The notes: generated from the letters alone by a model not told the origin. A stretch of DNA of 64,000 nt from Nemertoderma westbladi (GCA_032718475.1 JAUCBJ010007147.1:44083-108082), one strand, 5' to 3'. Positions 25,000 through 36,197 are shown, counted from the first letter of the stretch. A program made the numbers and translations.

Positions 25000-25625
25000 G
25001 ATATTTCTTAGTTTGATTAGGCTTCAATAGAATGCATATCTGCCAGATATGAATGTAATTTATATTTGAAGATTCTAATAGATTGTGCCTGCCATACAGT
25101 TTCTGGGACTCCATCATTCCAGACTTCCGGGGCCCTGAGTTTGATGGATTGTTTGGCAATCTGTAATCTTTTATGGGGTACAGTACATTGTCCGATAGTA
25201 GCATTACTTGCATGGTGATTGTGCGTGGTAGATGTGAGTGTAAGTAGTGTTGGTAGGATGTTTGGTGGTAGTAATTTATGTAAGTAGTTATAGCAAAGTA
25301 TCGCAACTTGTTTTTTGAAGATTGAAGTAATAGTGAGTGGTTGGAAATCTATGTTTCCTCTAGACTGCACAGTTTTTATGGCCCTGTTTTGTAAACTCTG
25401 CAGTGATTTTATTGTGGTTGTAGGGTTTTCCATGGTTTTTCTGCTTTTTCTCCTCCGCCTGTAGTGATTTCTGTGTTGGTTTGTGGAAGTATTGGATTCT
25501 GACTTGTATGTTGTTGCTGCCCAGACAGCATTGCAGTACTGTAAATATGGGTCGATCATCGTATGGTAGAGTAGTTTTAGTGCGTGTGGTGAAATGAAGT
25601 TTTTTATTTTGTTAATTATCCCTTA
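25000..25625 (-). pseudogene. 3' fragment of a CR1/L2-group (Daphne/Crack-like) LINE ORF2
   Basis: IDPYLQYCNAVW, LQNRAIK, APEVWN, FKYKL are typical ORF2 C-terminal motifs. Confidence 0.7.
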
Positions 25626-26740
25626 ATAACAGACAGAAGACAGTGAAGAAAGAAGAACCAACCTGTTGAAATGTAAAACGACACTAAAGATTGCTACAAT
25701 GAACGCACGCACGCTGAAAGCACATACCAAACAGGGTGACATGGTCGCTCTGGCAATGGAATATAACATCGACATCATCTGCATCCAAGAACAACGGATT
25801 TGTCATGAAGACACTGCCATGAAGTACGATCACATTGGAAATGGATGGACGTTAGTAACAAGCTCAGCAGTAAGAAACTCGGCCAATCCATCAATTGGTG
25901 GAGTAGGAATTCTGCTAAGCCCATTTGCACTTAAGACCCTAAACAACATCGAATCTATAAATTCCAGGGTTATGATCGCAACATTTGATGGGAATCCCAA
26001 GGCAACAGTTATATGTTGCTACAGTTTAACCAATGCCTCAGAGCCAGAACAAGCAGTCAAGTTTTATGAAGAACTGACTGGACTTATAAAGGACATTCCG
26101 AGACACAATGTTAAAGTCATTGCTGGTGACCTGAATGCGCAAATTGGCCCAGAAGACATCAAGGGTTATACCTATAACACCAGTTCTAACAGAAATGGGT
26201 ACTTACTTTTAGACCTAATGAAAGAATGTGAATTGATACCAATAAACAACACATTCGAAAAGAGAAAGGGGAAGCTATGGACCTTTCAATACCCTAATGG
26301 AACCAAAGCACAACTGGATTACATCCTTATAAACAAAAAGTGGAGAAACAGCATGGTCAACTGCGAGGCATACAGCTCGTTCAACCTAATTGGTTCGGAC
26401 CACAGAATTGTGACTGCAGAGATAAGACTCAGTTTGAGAGCCAGCAAATCCAGGACAAGCAAGCAAATCAACTATGACTGGGAGAAACTCAGAACTGACA
26501 ATGCTGTATAGGATGCTTATACAGTAGAAGTTCAAAACTGCTTTGAAGCATTTCAGTCAATGGATGAAGACCAATCCACCGATTCAATATACCAGAATAT
26601 AATAACAGCCCACAAGGAATCAGCTAAGAGGCATATCCCCCAGAAACCCAAACGAAAACAGTATGTGCCATGGCAAAACTCTGAGGTTACTTGTAAGAGA
26701 GAAGATCTTAAGATAGCCTACAAAGTTAAACGAACGAATG
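25626..26740 (+). pseudogene. RTE-clade LINE 5' part: APE endonuclease
   Basis: IATMNARTL, CIQE, GGVGILL, AGDLNA, QLDYIL, GSDHR; stop at 26509-26511; truncated at the Penelope junction. Confidence 0.9.
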
Positions 26741-26841
26741 AAGTGGTAGGCATTCACCAGCGGCAGCATAGTGTAAAGATGATAGAAAAAATAAAGTATT
26801 GAGGGTCTTTAGCTGGTTATATTATATTAGGTAAAGATACA

Positions 26842-26881
26842 ATAGTAAACGTTTTCGACCTACCGGTCTGCATCAGACTAT
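26842..26881 (-). ncRNA. Minimal type I hammerhead ribozyme, variant core
   Basis: Minus strand ATAGT-CTGATGCA-GACC ggta GGTC-GAAA-ACGT-TT-ACTAT: stem I, stem II and palindromic stem III AACGTT. Confidence 0.7.
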
Positions 26882-27391
26882 GTACTGGCAACTAACAGGA
26901 AAAGGTGGGGTCTATATATATATATATAAGTTTTAAAGGGGAATACCTGATAGGTGAATCCCAGAAAAGTTAACGTGTATGTATGTACTGTATAACGTAA
27001 GCGTAATTGTGATAGAGAAACTACACTGAGTTAGTTGTAAGCTGTCAATCTAAAGTACAAATATAGGGTTGCAGGTTGGGTTATAAGGTTGGGAGAAGTT
27101 GATAGGGAAATCCCAGGAGTGGTCATGTGTCTACATACTGAATGGTATAATTGGATTAGGTAGGTTACATAGGATTATGAGGTATCTACTTAAAGCGCAT
27201 GGTTAGGTAGAATGCAACATAATGATAGCTGTAATTTTTACAGAGTAAGAAATCACAAGAAACAGAAAAACCAAGACAAAAACAAAAAGGAAGGTAGGGG
27301 AAAAGCACATAAAAACCCCGGAAATTCGCTATAGAGGGCACTGTAGTTATGTAAGATATAGAATATAGGGTGTATTATATAAAACTTTACA

Positions 27392-27822
27392 TTGGGAGAT
27401 TTACTAAAGGTTTTAAAATGCGAGGACCTAATAAGCGCGTTGCCCGGATGGGAAATAAAACGACTGGGAAGAGAACTGGGTCAGGGGCGTGTTGCTGACG
27501 GGAGGCCAAGTCTCGGCAGTGGTTCTCCCAATAGAATCAGGCCTCTGCTAATAACCATACATAGCCCTGGCCACCGTAGCAAGATCTTGGCTGCAGCAAA
27601 GAACCTAAAGGGCAATGATCGGTTCGGTAAGGTGTATATCAAGCCAGATGTTCACCCTTCAGTGCGACGTGAGGAAGGACGTCTACGTCACCTCGCATGG
27701 GAAGAAAGGAAACGTCCTGAGAATGCGGGGGGGGGGTCACTGTGCGCTACGATTATAAGCGCCGGGTAGTGACACGCGGTAATACTGTTATTGATAGGTT
27801 TAATCCTATAGGTGCCCTATAG
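27392..27822 (+). pseudogene. LINE ORF1 C-terminal part; frame change in the G10 run 27727-27736; ends at TAG 27820-27822
   Basis: RPLLITI..KILAAAKNLK..VYIKPDVHPSVRRE, then VRYDYKRRVVTRGNTVIDRF in the shifted frame. Confidence 0.7.
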
Positions 27823-30800
27823 GGGGGAGCTGCACAACACCTATTTAGAACTTTGTCTCTATGCTCGTGGAATATCTGTGGTCTGAAAGATAAACTCCTA
27901 GATCCCCAGATTCTCCGATATATACATTCCCATGATATCGTATTCCTGTCAGAAATTAAAACTAATAAACCCACACACGTACCCGGCTTCACCCAATATA
28001 TTAATACGCCAACACCATCCCATCGCGGGGGGATATTGGCATTGGTGAAATGTACATTAGCTAAATTCGTGTTAGAAGTGGATACGAGTAAGGAGGATCA
28101 GCTATGGCTGCGGTTTAGTTTCGCGCCTGATACCTTGATCGGTACCTCCTACATAACCCCTTGTGACTCTCGCTATTTTTCGACCCAAATGTTCGGGAAC
28201 CTGAATGCCACCCTTGAAGAGAACCGAAAGGTTATAGTTGTTGGCGACCTCAATGCACGTGTTGGGGTCCCTAAATACACCGGTGAACGGCATGTGATTA
28301 ACCGAAAGTATCACGGGGTGGAAGATAACGCTGTAAATAGCAATGGGGAACGGTTACTACGTATATGCTCTACCACTGGGAGTGTAGTCGCAAACCATTT
28401 AGAAACAGGGAGGGGTGTGTTAGGTGGGGGTTTATCCTATAGGAAGGGTAAATCATGGGTAAGCTCATTGGACCTATGTGTAATTACGAGTTGTTTGGTT
28501 AGTAATGTAGTTAAAGTTAGTGTAGACAGAAACCAACATGGCTCGGATCACGCACCTTTATTGGTAGAAGTAGAAATTAATATTAATAATAAAAAATATT
28601 TAACAAGTGCGATATATGACAGAGCAGGTGATTTGGGTGCGGTGTGGACTGAATTAAATTTTAATAATTACCGTACAACCCCACTTGGGGAGAAAGGACC
28701 CAGCCATTGCAATACTAACTTAGACCAGTTTAAAGACCTTATTACAAGTATTCATCCACCGATAATTAATGACGCTAGTAGAGAGGGTGGGCAGAATATA
28801 GTAGAAACTGCAACACAAATTTTAAATGAAACGGCCAAAAGTTGCAAAGTTAAAAAGCAATACGATTGTATACACAATGTTAATCTACCTGAATCTAATA
28901 ATGATCGGTGGGCGAGGCTAGTTTCTTTGAATGACCCTAAATTAATCTGGCATGCAGTAAACTGGAAAGGTGAAATTGATAAACTAAAACCCAGGAGAGA
29001 GAGTATGCCAGATGACAACCAATTTAAAAGCCATTTTGAAGCGTTACTGAATCCTCCATCTGCGGAAACAGTGCATATGACTGACGAATTTTCAACCGCT
29101 CCATATGTTCCGATTCTAGATGATCCGTTGTCAGAAAAGGAATTTGCGGAAGTTTTAAGTGAAATAAAAATAAATAAAAGTTACATAGGTGTCGCACTTG
29201 GATTGTTCACTTCGCTACCTGGTAATTGGCTTATATTTTTTCTTGCATTTTTTAATTTCGTGTTTAAATTTGGGGCGTACCCCACATCGTGGTGCTACAG
29301 TAAATTAATAATAATTTTCAAATCGGGGAGCCGAGCTATTTGTGGTAATTACAGAGGTATATCAATTATGGAGACCTGTGCTAAGATTTATGATATGTTA
29401 TTATCAGCTAGACTGTCCTTATGGTGCAATATAAGTAGGTGTCAGGCAGGGGGTAGAAAAAACCGCAGTTGCACTGAACATATATTAGCACTGCGTCTAC
29501 TTATAGATTATGCGATTTTTAAAAGGGAGAAACTTTTTGTACTATTTGTAGATTTCTCAAAGGCTTACGATAATATACCTAGAATGAAACTTATTGAAAG
29601 ATTAAGAAAATTGGGTTGTGGAAAAGTAATGTTAATGGCAATCTTAGCTACTTATACATGTACTAAAAGTATATTGAAATCCGCTATAATATGTACAGCC
29701 ATAGGCGTAAGACAAGGTGCAGCTACTAGTGTAATATTATTTAGCTTATATATTGACAATCTGGTAACAATGGTGTGTAATACTGTAACCCAGGATGGTT
29801 ATTTGGGTATTTTGCATATTATGTTACTAATGGATGATACTATAATTCTTTCTACTAACCGTAATTTGTGCCTGCGTAAATTGGGTGCTCTTATAGCTTT
29901 TTGTAAAGAGTCTGGTATGAAGATAAATGTAAAAAAGACAAAGTTTTTCGTTGTTAATGGTGCAATGTACGATAGAACTCCTCTAGTTGTAAATGACGTA
30001 ACAGTTAACCATTGTACTACATACACCTATCTTGGATCTATTTTTACAGAAGATGGTAAATTCAACTCAGTTTTTAATCTACATAAAACTCGGTGCGAGG
30101 AGATTGTAAATAAATTTTCTATATTTTGTGCGCACAATACAAATATTGCTTTTTGTGTTAAAAAGCAGGTGTTTGAGGCTGCAGTAGCTACAGCATTCCT
30201 ATATGGTTGCGAAGGCTGGTTAACTAATAATACTAAGAGTTTAGATATATTTTATGGCCGTATGATAAAAATATTATTAGGTGTACGGGAACAAACCCCG
30301 ACCGACATTTGTTTAATAGAAGTAGGGATGCCTTCCATTCAAACACGTATAATGAAATACCGCAAACGGTTCCTACAGAAAGCTCTACATACGCTACCAG
30401 AGGACACACCTTTCCGACAGGCACTTACCATTTGTAAGAATGTAAACTCACCAGGGTACAACATGATAAAGTGTGCTATGGCGTGGTCCGAACCAAGCCC
30501 GACTAACAGCGACATTCTTACTAGAATACGCAAGAAGCCAAGCACGGCGACCAAGTTTGTCACATACAGGACGTCACTGAATATGGACCTGACATGCCAC
30601 TCGATTTACAGCCTGAAATCCCCGTATGTACCGGATTATATTAGGGTGCACTTCAGCAGAATGCGATTAATGTCGCACAACCTGTTTGTAGAACGAGGGC
30701 GATGGTCGCGGATTCCACACGAGGAGCGAGTGTGTCCCTGTGATAACAAATCCGTTCAGGACGAAGTGCACACACTGTTACATTGCCCAATATCACTACC

Positions 30801-30918
30801 AATACGCAGACAGTACCCACAGTTAAATATGCAAAATATAAGTATATTTTTCAATGGTAATATGGATAATATTGAACAATTGTGTAGGTATATAGAGTCA
30901 GTAATGTCTGTATATTAA
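27823..30918 (+). CDS. LINE ORF2: APE endonuclease + RT + C-terminal Cys/His motif; uninterrupted but no ATG before the APE domain
   Basis: SWNICGL, FLSE, GDLNARVG, GSDHAP; NYRGIS, FVDFSKAYD, GVRQG, LMDD, YLGS; RVCPC..DEVHTLLHC. Confidence 0.9.
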   Translation, partial: GGAAQHLFRTLSLCSWNICGLKDKLLDPQILRYIHSHDIVFLSEIKTNKPTHVPGFTQYINTPTPSHRGGILALVKCTLAKFVLEVDTSKEDQLWLRFSFAPDTLIGTSYITPCDSRYFSTQMFGNLNATLEENRKVIVVGDLNARVGVPKYTGERHVINRKYHGVEDNAVNSNGERLLRICSTTGSVVANHLETGRGVLGGGLSYRKGKSWVSSLDLCVITSCLVSNVVKVSVDRNQHGSDHAPLLVEVEININNKKYLTSAIYDRAGDLGAVWTELNFNNYRTTPLGEKGPSHCNTNLDQFKDLITSIHPPIINDASREGGQNIVETATQILNETAKSCKVKKQYDCIHNVNLPESNNDRWARLVSLNDPKLIWHAVNWKGEIDKLKPRRESMPDDNQFKSHFEALLNPPSAETVHMTDEFSTAPYVPILDDPLSEKEFAEVLSEIKINKSYIGVALGLFTSLPGNWLIFFLAFFNFVFKFGAYPTSWCYSKLIIIFKSGSRAICGNYRGISIMETCAKIYDMLLSARLSLWCNISRCQAGGRKNRSCTEHILALRLLIDYAIFKREKLFVLFVDFSKAYDNIPRMKLIERLRKLGCGKVMLMAILATYTCTKSILKSAIICTAIGVRQGAATSVILFSLYIDNLVTMVCNTVTQDGYLGILHIMLLMDDTIILSTNRNLCLRKLGALIAFCKESGMKINVKKTKFFVVNGAMYDRTPLVVNDVTVNHCTTYTYLGSIFTEDGKFNSVFNLHKTRCEEIVNKFSIFCAHNTNIAFCVKKQVFEAAVATAFLYGCEGWLTNNTKSLDIFYGRMIKILLGVREQTPTDICLIEVGMPSIQTRIMKYRKRFLQKALHTLPEDTPFRQALTICKNVNSPGYNMIKCAMAWSEPSPTNSDILTRIRKKPSTATKFVTYRTSLNMDLTCHSIYSLKSPYVPDYIRVHFSRMRLMSHNLFVERGRWSRIPHEERVCPCDNKSVQDEVHTLLHCPISLPIRRQYPQLNMQNISIFFNGNMDNIEQLCRYIESVMSVY

Positions 30919-31238
30919 GCTGTTTTTGTATACGAGGTTCAAAAATTATTCGATTGATAGCATCAATACATTAGTATTAGTAATGAGGCATTAGTAATGT
31001 GTCAATTAAAATAATCTTGTGCTAATTATATTTAAATGTTTATTTTATTAAATTACAGTAGGAATTATTATTTTGATGATTATGTATAACATGTATATTA
31101 TTAATATCAGGACGTAAAGTGATGTTGTGCTGGTTAATAATTGTTTATCTCATTTATATACAATCTAACTTTATGTCAATAAACTAACTAACTAACTAAG
31201 ATATAGAATATAGGGTGTATTATATAAAACGTTGGGTT

Positions 31239-31460
31239 TTAGATTGCTGGTCTTGCTACGTTAAGTGGGGGGTTGTATGTATAGATTAGGTTAGCTTCCG
31301 TCGCTAGTAGTTCGGGTATGTTTGTGAATTGTTTTATGGTTGCGGTGCGTAGATTTTCTAAACCACAACCATATATGTGCCTAGCTAGGAGTATGTCTTC
31401 ATGTGTTTTTCCGTCAGTGGCTCGTGAGGGGTAGTGTCGTATGTTGTTGCGGTGTCCATT
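31239..31460 (-). pseudogene. Penelope GIY-YIG endonuclease, C-terminal remnant
   Basis: My translation: NGHRNNIRHYPSRATDGKTHEDILLARHIYGCGLENLRTATIKQFTNIPELLATEANLIYTYNPPLNVARPAI*. Confidence 0.7.
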
Positions 31461-32063
31461 AAAAAAACGACACTACCCCTCACGAGCCAATGACGGAAAA
31501 ACACACGAAGACATACTCCTAGCTAGGCACATTATTTCCTCATATTTATGATAGAGTCAGTCATCGTGGACCTCTCCCCCACACACACACCCACACACAC
31601 GCATGCATATACCGCGCTATGCTATTATATTGATTGCCAACTCATCTATTTACCCTCCGCTACTCGACTGCTGTTACCAACCAACTAACCAACCGTAGTC
31701 ACATTTTCATAGTTACTCAACCTAACCCTACAGCATCTGTGCCATATTGATATGCTTAACATTATACTGCACGTTTTTATTATAATTATTGATTATTATT
31801 ATTACACACAACCCAATGATTTTCATTTGTACTGTATTTCCCAACTAATCAACCAACCAATAAACCGAATTTAGGCTATTTCACGGTTTAAGACCTGTAT
31901 TATTTTTGAAAATATCTTATATATAATCTCTTGCTTTAATCACAATTAATCATTTATATTGGTTTTAGTTTAAAAGTTTTTACTTTGTTTGTTTGATTTA
32001 CGATAAAATAAATTAAATAATGTCTTCTGATTCCGATATGGTTATGCCAATAGTAAGGCATTC

Positions 32064-32462
32064 ATGTTTGCAGAAGATGGCGAACCCTATATTGTTATTG
32101 ATTATACAATTTACCGTCGAGGAGATGATAAATATAAAATCGATTTTTCTGAAAAAGCCAGGAAAGTTTTAAGCTCAATTGATATTGATGCTTCTGAAAA
32201 TACCATTCATCTCTTAGATTACAACCTAAAAGTTGATCATGAGGGAAAATTAATTAACATCTTACTATTATCAATGATAGATGGGTTAATTGTTATTACA
32301 CAATACAACGAAGCTGGTGAAAAGTTTGAAATACAACTAAATCGACATAATCCCTACGAAATTATGTCTTTCTTTATTGTAATGATTTCAAAAGAATCCT
32401 TTGTCGAGACTGAAGAATTAACAGATAATGTTGAATTTGTTGATAATATCATCGATTCTTGA
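32064..32462 (+). CDS. Hypothetical acidic protein, probably Polinton-associated (5' end may be frameshifted from the ATG near 32019)
   Basis: 132-aa ORF in very AT-rich DNA, co-oriented with the Polinton genes; no motif recognised. Confidence 0.45.
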   Translation: MFAEDGEPYIVIDYTIYRRGDDKYKIDFSEKARKVLSSIDIDASENTIHLLDYNLKVDHEGKLINILLLSMIDGLIVITQYNEAGEKFEIQLNRHNPYEIMSFFIVMISKESFVETEELTDNVEFVDNIIDS

Positions 32463-32644
32463 CTTTTTCTCTTATATTATAAATATTTTATGATTATTTT
32501 TAAAATTTTGATCTTTTTAACTATGAAAAAAAAATCAAATTTTAAATAATCGAAAATTGTAGTAGTATTTGTATATACAGTATATCAGATTTGTTTGTTG
32601 TGTATTGTGGTAATTATTTTCAATTTACTTTAAGATTTAGAAAA

Positions 32645-32941
32645 ATGGATATTTTAAACGAAAAATGTCCTGTTTGCTATTCTAAATTATTGCAACATCG
32701 AGATTATTATAAATGTGAAAATAAACATGGAACTTGTGCGAGATGTATTGTACAATATACCGAAATGAATAATTATTGTTCTCAAATTTGTCCTATTTGT
32801 CGCGCACCTATATCTAAGTTAAATATGAAGTTGGCGAGATACGAACCCTATTATTGGAAAGAGCTACGAAATATAACTTATATTTCCACACAAAGTAATG
32901 ATTCCGGTGATATATTTACAATATTGGAGAATATTTTTTAA
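32645..32941 (+). CDS. Small C3HC4 RING-finger protein
   Basis: CPVC-x11-CENKHGTCARC-x14-CPICR. Confidence 0.75.
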   Translation: MDILNEKCPVCYSKLLQHRDYYKCENKHGTCARCIVQYTEMNNYCSQICPICRAPISKLNMKLARYEPYYWKELRNITYISTQSNDSGDIFTILENIF

Positions 32942-33326
32942 AGAAATGTAATACGACGGTGTTACTACTATGTCCCTTATTTTTTCAGCATCGAACATAG
33001 AAAAATCATTAGCACAAAATTCCAGGGAAGTGATTTCCAAGCTGCTAATATTACCTATCATTTTCTCGCGTATAAAGATGCAAATACTCATTGAATTACA
33101 TTGATTAAGTCTATACAACAACAACAACAATCGGAAATAGCGCCTATAGTTGGGTGACAGTTGCGACACGTGTTTATTAAATATACAGTACTAATATTGT
33201 AGTTGCATCAATTATTGTTATATACATAGTAATGGTGATGATGGTTCTTTATGTTATATTATATTATATTGTATTGTATTGTATTGTATTGTTGATATAT
33301 CTTAATAATAATAATAATAATAATAA

Positions 33327-34010
33327 ATGGCTGACTTTAATTCAGGTCCATATATTTTAAACTTTCAAATGGGAACGAGTATGATAATTTCTGGCCCATC
33401 TGGTTCCGGAAAGTCTACTTTTGTTGCCTATTTAATTAAACACAAGAATGGTTGCTTCAACGAACCCCCCTTGCGAGTATTGTATTGTTACAGGAGCAAT
33501 CCCCCAACTATTCCGGGTATTACTCACCTTTACAAAGGTTTGCCTGAAAATATAGATAGTTTAGTAAATAGTCGAGATTTATTAATTATAGACGATTTAT
33601 TAACAGAAACTGAGTCCAGTACAGCCTTAACTGTATTGTTTACTAAGGTTGCTCATCATTCCAAAATATTTATTTGTTTCATAACGCAAAACATGTTTTA
33701 CGGTGCGAACCATAACCGTACAAGATCAATTAATTGCCATACCTTAGTATTAATGAAAAATCCACAAGACAGTTTACCGGTTTTAAATTTCGCAAAGCAG
33801 ATGTTACCTGGGCATACCAAATTTTTAGTAGATTCCTATCAAGATGCGACTATTGAACCATTTTCGCATTTCTTAATTGATTTACGACAGGAAACACCTG
33901 AAGATTTAAGATTTAGATCGGATATATTTCGTAATCATAATTGTTACATTAAAAATTACATTGACTATAAACATAGCGAAAATAATAATAATAATTATTA
34001 TTATTATTAA
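33327..34010 (+). CDS. Polinton A32/FtsK-HerA-like DNA packaging ATPase
   Basis: Walker A GPSGSGKS, Walker B LLIIDD, ITQN, RTRSIN, LMKNP, LIDLRQETPE.LRFRS. Confidence 0.9.
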   Translation: MADFNSGPYILNFQMGTSMIISGPSGSGKSTFVAYLIKHKNGCFNEPPLRVLYCYRSNPPTIPGITHLYKGLPENIDSLVNSRDLLIIDDLLTETESSTALTVLFTKVAHHSKIFICFITQNMFYGANHNRTRSINCHTLVLMKNPQDSLPVLNFAKQMLPGHTKFLVDSYQDATIEPFSHFLIDLRQETPEDLRFRSDIFRNHNCYIKNYIDYKHSENNNNNYYYY

Positions 34011-35555
34011 CCCTATTAAACCCGGGGGGGGTCAATATGACCCCCCCCGTGGTTTTTTTATTATAATTCTGAAACAAACGCAGTTGGGAATCTGAAATTT
34101 AATGACTTTTCCTAAAAATCTATTGTCTTCCTAGTAGTGAAAACCGTTTTCAAAAATATTGGGTACTTTTCGAGTTATAGCACCATTTTTTAACCCTACT
34201 TTTGGCACTTTTTTTGAGACGTTTTTTGAAAATTACATTTCATTAAATATGAATTGTAACATCTCTATTTTTGATTTACACCGGTTTTTTGGTGTTAGAA
34301 ATTTGATGGAATTCATATAAATTGATTTAGAAATTTCAAACTTGTTTTTTTCGGCGGGTGCCAAATTTTGGTGCCAGCACCAAATTTCGAAATAAGTCAA
34401 TTTTGTAAATTGATCGTTTGAAAGTTGTTTTTTACGCAATTGGGGTTTTTTGGGTTTCTGGATTCGATGAAATATATACGAGTTGCACCAAGCGTATCAA
34501 ACTTGTATTTTTCGGTGCTGTGTGCAAATTTTGGTGCTAGCACAAAATTTTGAAAATCCATTCAATAGATAAAATTGCTTGTGACAATTTATTTCTTGCG
34601 TTTTAGAGGTTTATGGCTGTTCTGAATTCAATGGAAAATATAATTATCGATCTAGACATCTCAAACTTGTATTTTTCGGATGTGGGTGCAAAATTTGGTG
34701 CTAGAACCAAATTTTGAAAACCATCAAATATATCAATTGATTGTGTCACCTTGTTTCTTGCGTTATACGGGTTTGTGATGGTTCTGAATTCAATGGAATC
34801 AGTAAAAATTTCATAAGAGTTCTCAAACTTGTATTTTTCGCCGGTGGGTGAAAATTGTTGTGCCAGCACCAAATTTTGGAAAATATGCAAATTGATAAGT
34901 AGATAGTATCGCGTTATACGGGTTTATGAGGGTCCTGAATCCGATGGAATCAATAAAAACAGCACTGGACATCGCAAACTTGTACTTTTTGGTGATGGGT
35001 ACGAAATTTGGTGCTAGCACCAAAATTTGCTAAATTACGCCGAAAAATACAAGTGGCAATGATCTGGCATATTAGAAATGTATTCCATTAGAATCAGCGC
35101 TCTCGAAAACCTGAAAATGTGAATTTATAGCATCGTATAAGTGAATTACAAATTTTGTGTTCTAACTGAAAAGTGCTGGTTACTTGTTTTTTTCATTTTT
35201 TTCCTACGCAGAGAGGACTAAACAGCCATTTATAGTAATCATATCATTTTTTAATATTTTCCAATGTATTTTGCACCCCAGAAAACCTGTATTGAAAAAT
35301 AATTAGCCGAAAATGTAACTTTCAAATTTGGTGAAAATTGTGCACTACTTGTAATTTTGGTGCTGCAATATAACCACCCCAGTACATTTTTTCGAAATTT
35401 TTTTTTTTCGGTCGGATCCAGACAAGTGATACCTACGTACAAACAAAAAATCAGACGTTTTCGTAAATATTTGTAGATTTTAGAGGGGGGGGGGGGGGTC
35501 AATATGACCCTTCCCCGGTATTTGTACAACATTTTATAGCCCGGTACTAATAGGG
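34011..35555. mobile_element. piggyBac-type non-autonomous element (CCCT ends, TTAA TSD)
   Basis: TTAA|CCCTATTA...TAATAGGG|TTAA; subterminal GGGGTCAATATGACCC palindromes; empty site at 47551-47554. Confidence 0.9.
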
Positions 35556-35592
35556 TTAATATTTTGTAACAATTTTCAATAATGTTGCAACA

Positions 35593-35976
35593 ATGAATAG
35601 ACTTGTGCAGAAATATTGTAACGAATTGGAATTTCTACGCAGCGCTACCCCTCAACAAAGAACTTATTTTATTAACCATACCGCGAGTAATGAATTAATA
35701 TGGCTCATTGTAAATACTGCATTAAATGTTCTAAAAGGTAACATACAATTGACCCCCCATTCATTTAGAAATATTCGTTGTTATAAAAAGGTATTAAAAT
35801 CACTCAACCGCAAAACAAAAAATATATCAAGTTACAGAAAAAAGTTAACCAATCAATCTGGCAGTATACTTCCGTTTCTAATACCCCTACTCGGCATTGG
35901 CACGAAACTCGCTGCAGGAGCTGGTGCTGCCGCCGCTGGAGCGGCTATTGCGAAAAGAATTAACCGCGGACGGTAA
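35593..35976 (+). CDS. Polinton basic virion core/membrane-active-type protein
   Basis: Basic N-terminus then NQSG(S/G)ILPFLIPLLG, resembling the QxGG-hydrophobic protease-cleavage motif of Polinton proteins; second copy at 47588-47971. Confidence 0.7.
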   Translation: MNRLVQKYCNELEFLRSATPQQRTYFINHTASNELIWLIVNTALNVLKGNIQLTPHSFRNIRCYKKVLKSLNRKTKNISSYRKKLTNQSGSILPFLIPLLGIGTKLAAGAGAAAAGAAIAKRINRGR

Positions 35977-36197
35977 TAATGGTTAAAACGGGAGTAACAT
36001 TTAGAAAATTATATTTAGTATCGAGTAAACCGTTAGCTACTGATTTAAAACCTCAAGATACACCTAGAGTAAATACTACAAAAAGAAAACCCTTCAAAAC
36101 ATCAACTTCAAAGAAAATAAAAAAATTTCAGCTGTTTTTACGGTGATGCCCTTTATAAGAGATTTGAATATACATATTACTTGCGGTTGTCAAAAAG

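Larger units (their letters stand above)
27386..31196 (+). mobile_element. Proto2/RTEX-like LINE (5'-truncated ORF1, open ORF2, (CTAA)n tail) with a 31-34 bp TSD
   Basis: TAAGATATAGAATATAGGGTGTATTATATAAAAC at 27352-27385 and 31197-31230. Clade call is tentative. Confidence 0.85.
26741..31532 (-). mobile_element. Penelope-like retroelement remnant (GIY-YIG C-terminus + pLTR with hammerhead), split by a LINE at 27386-31196
   Basis: GIY-YIG C-terminal peptide, inverted 5' duplication and hammerhead motif. Confidence 0.75.
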
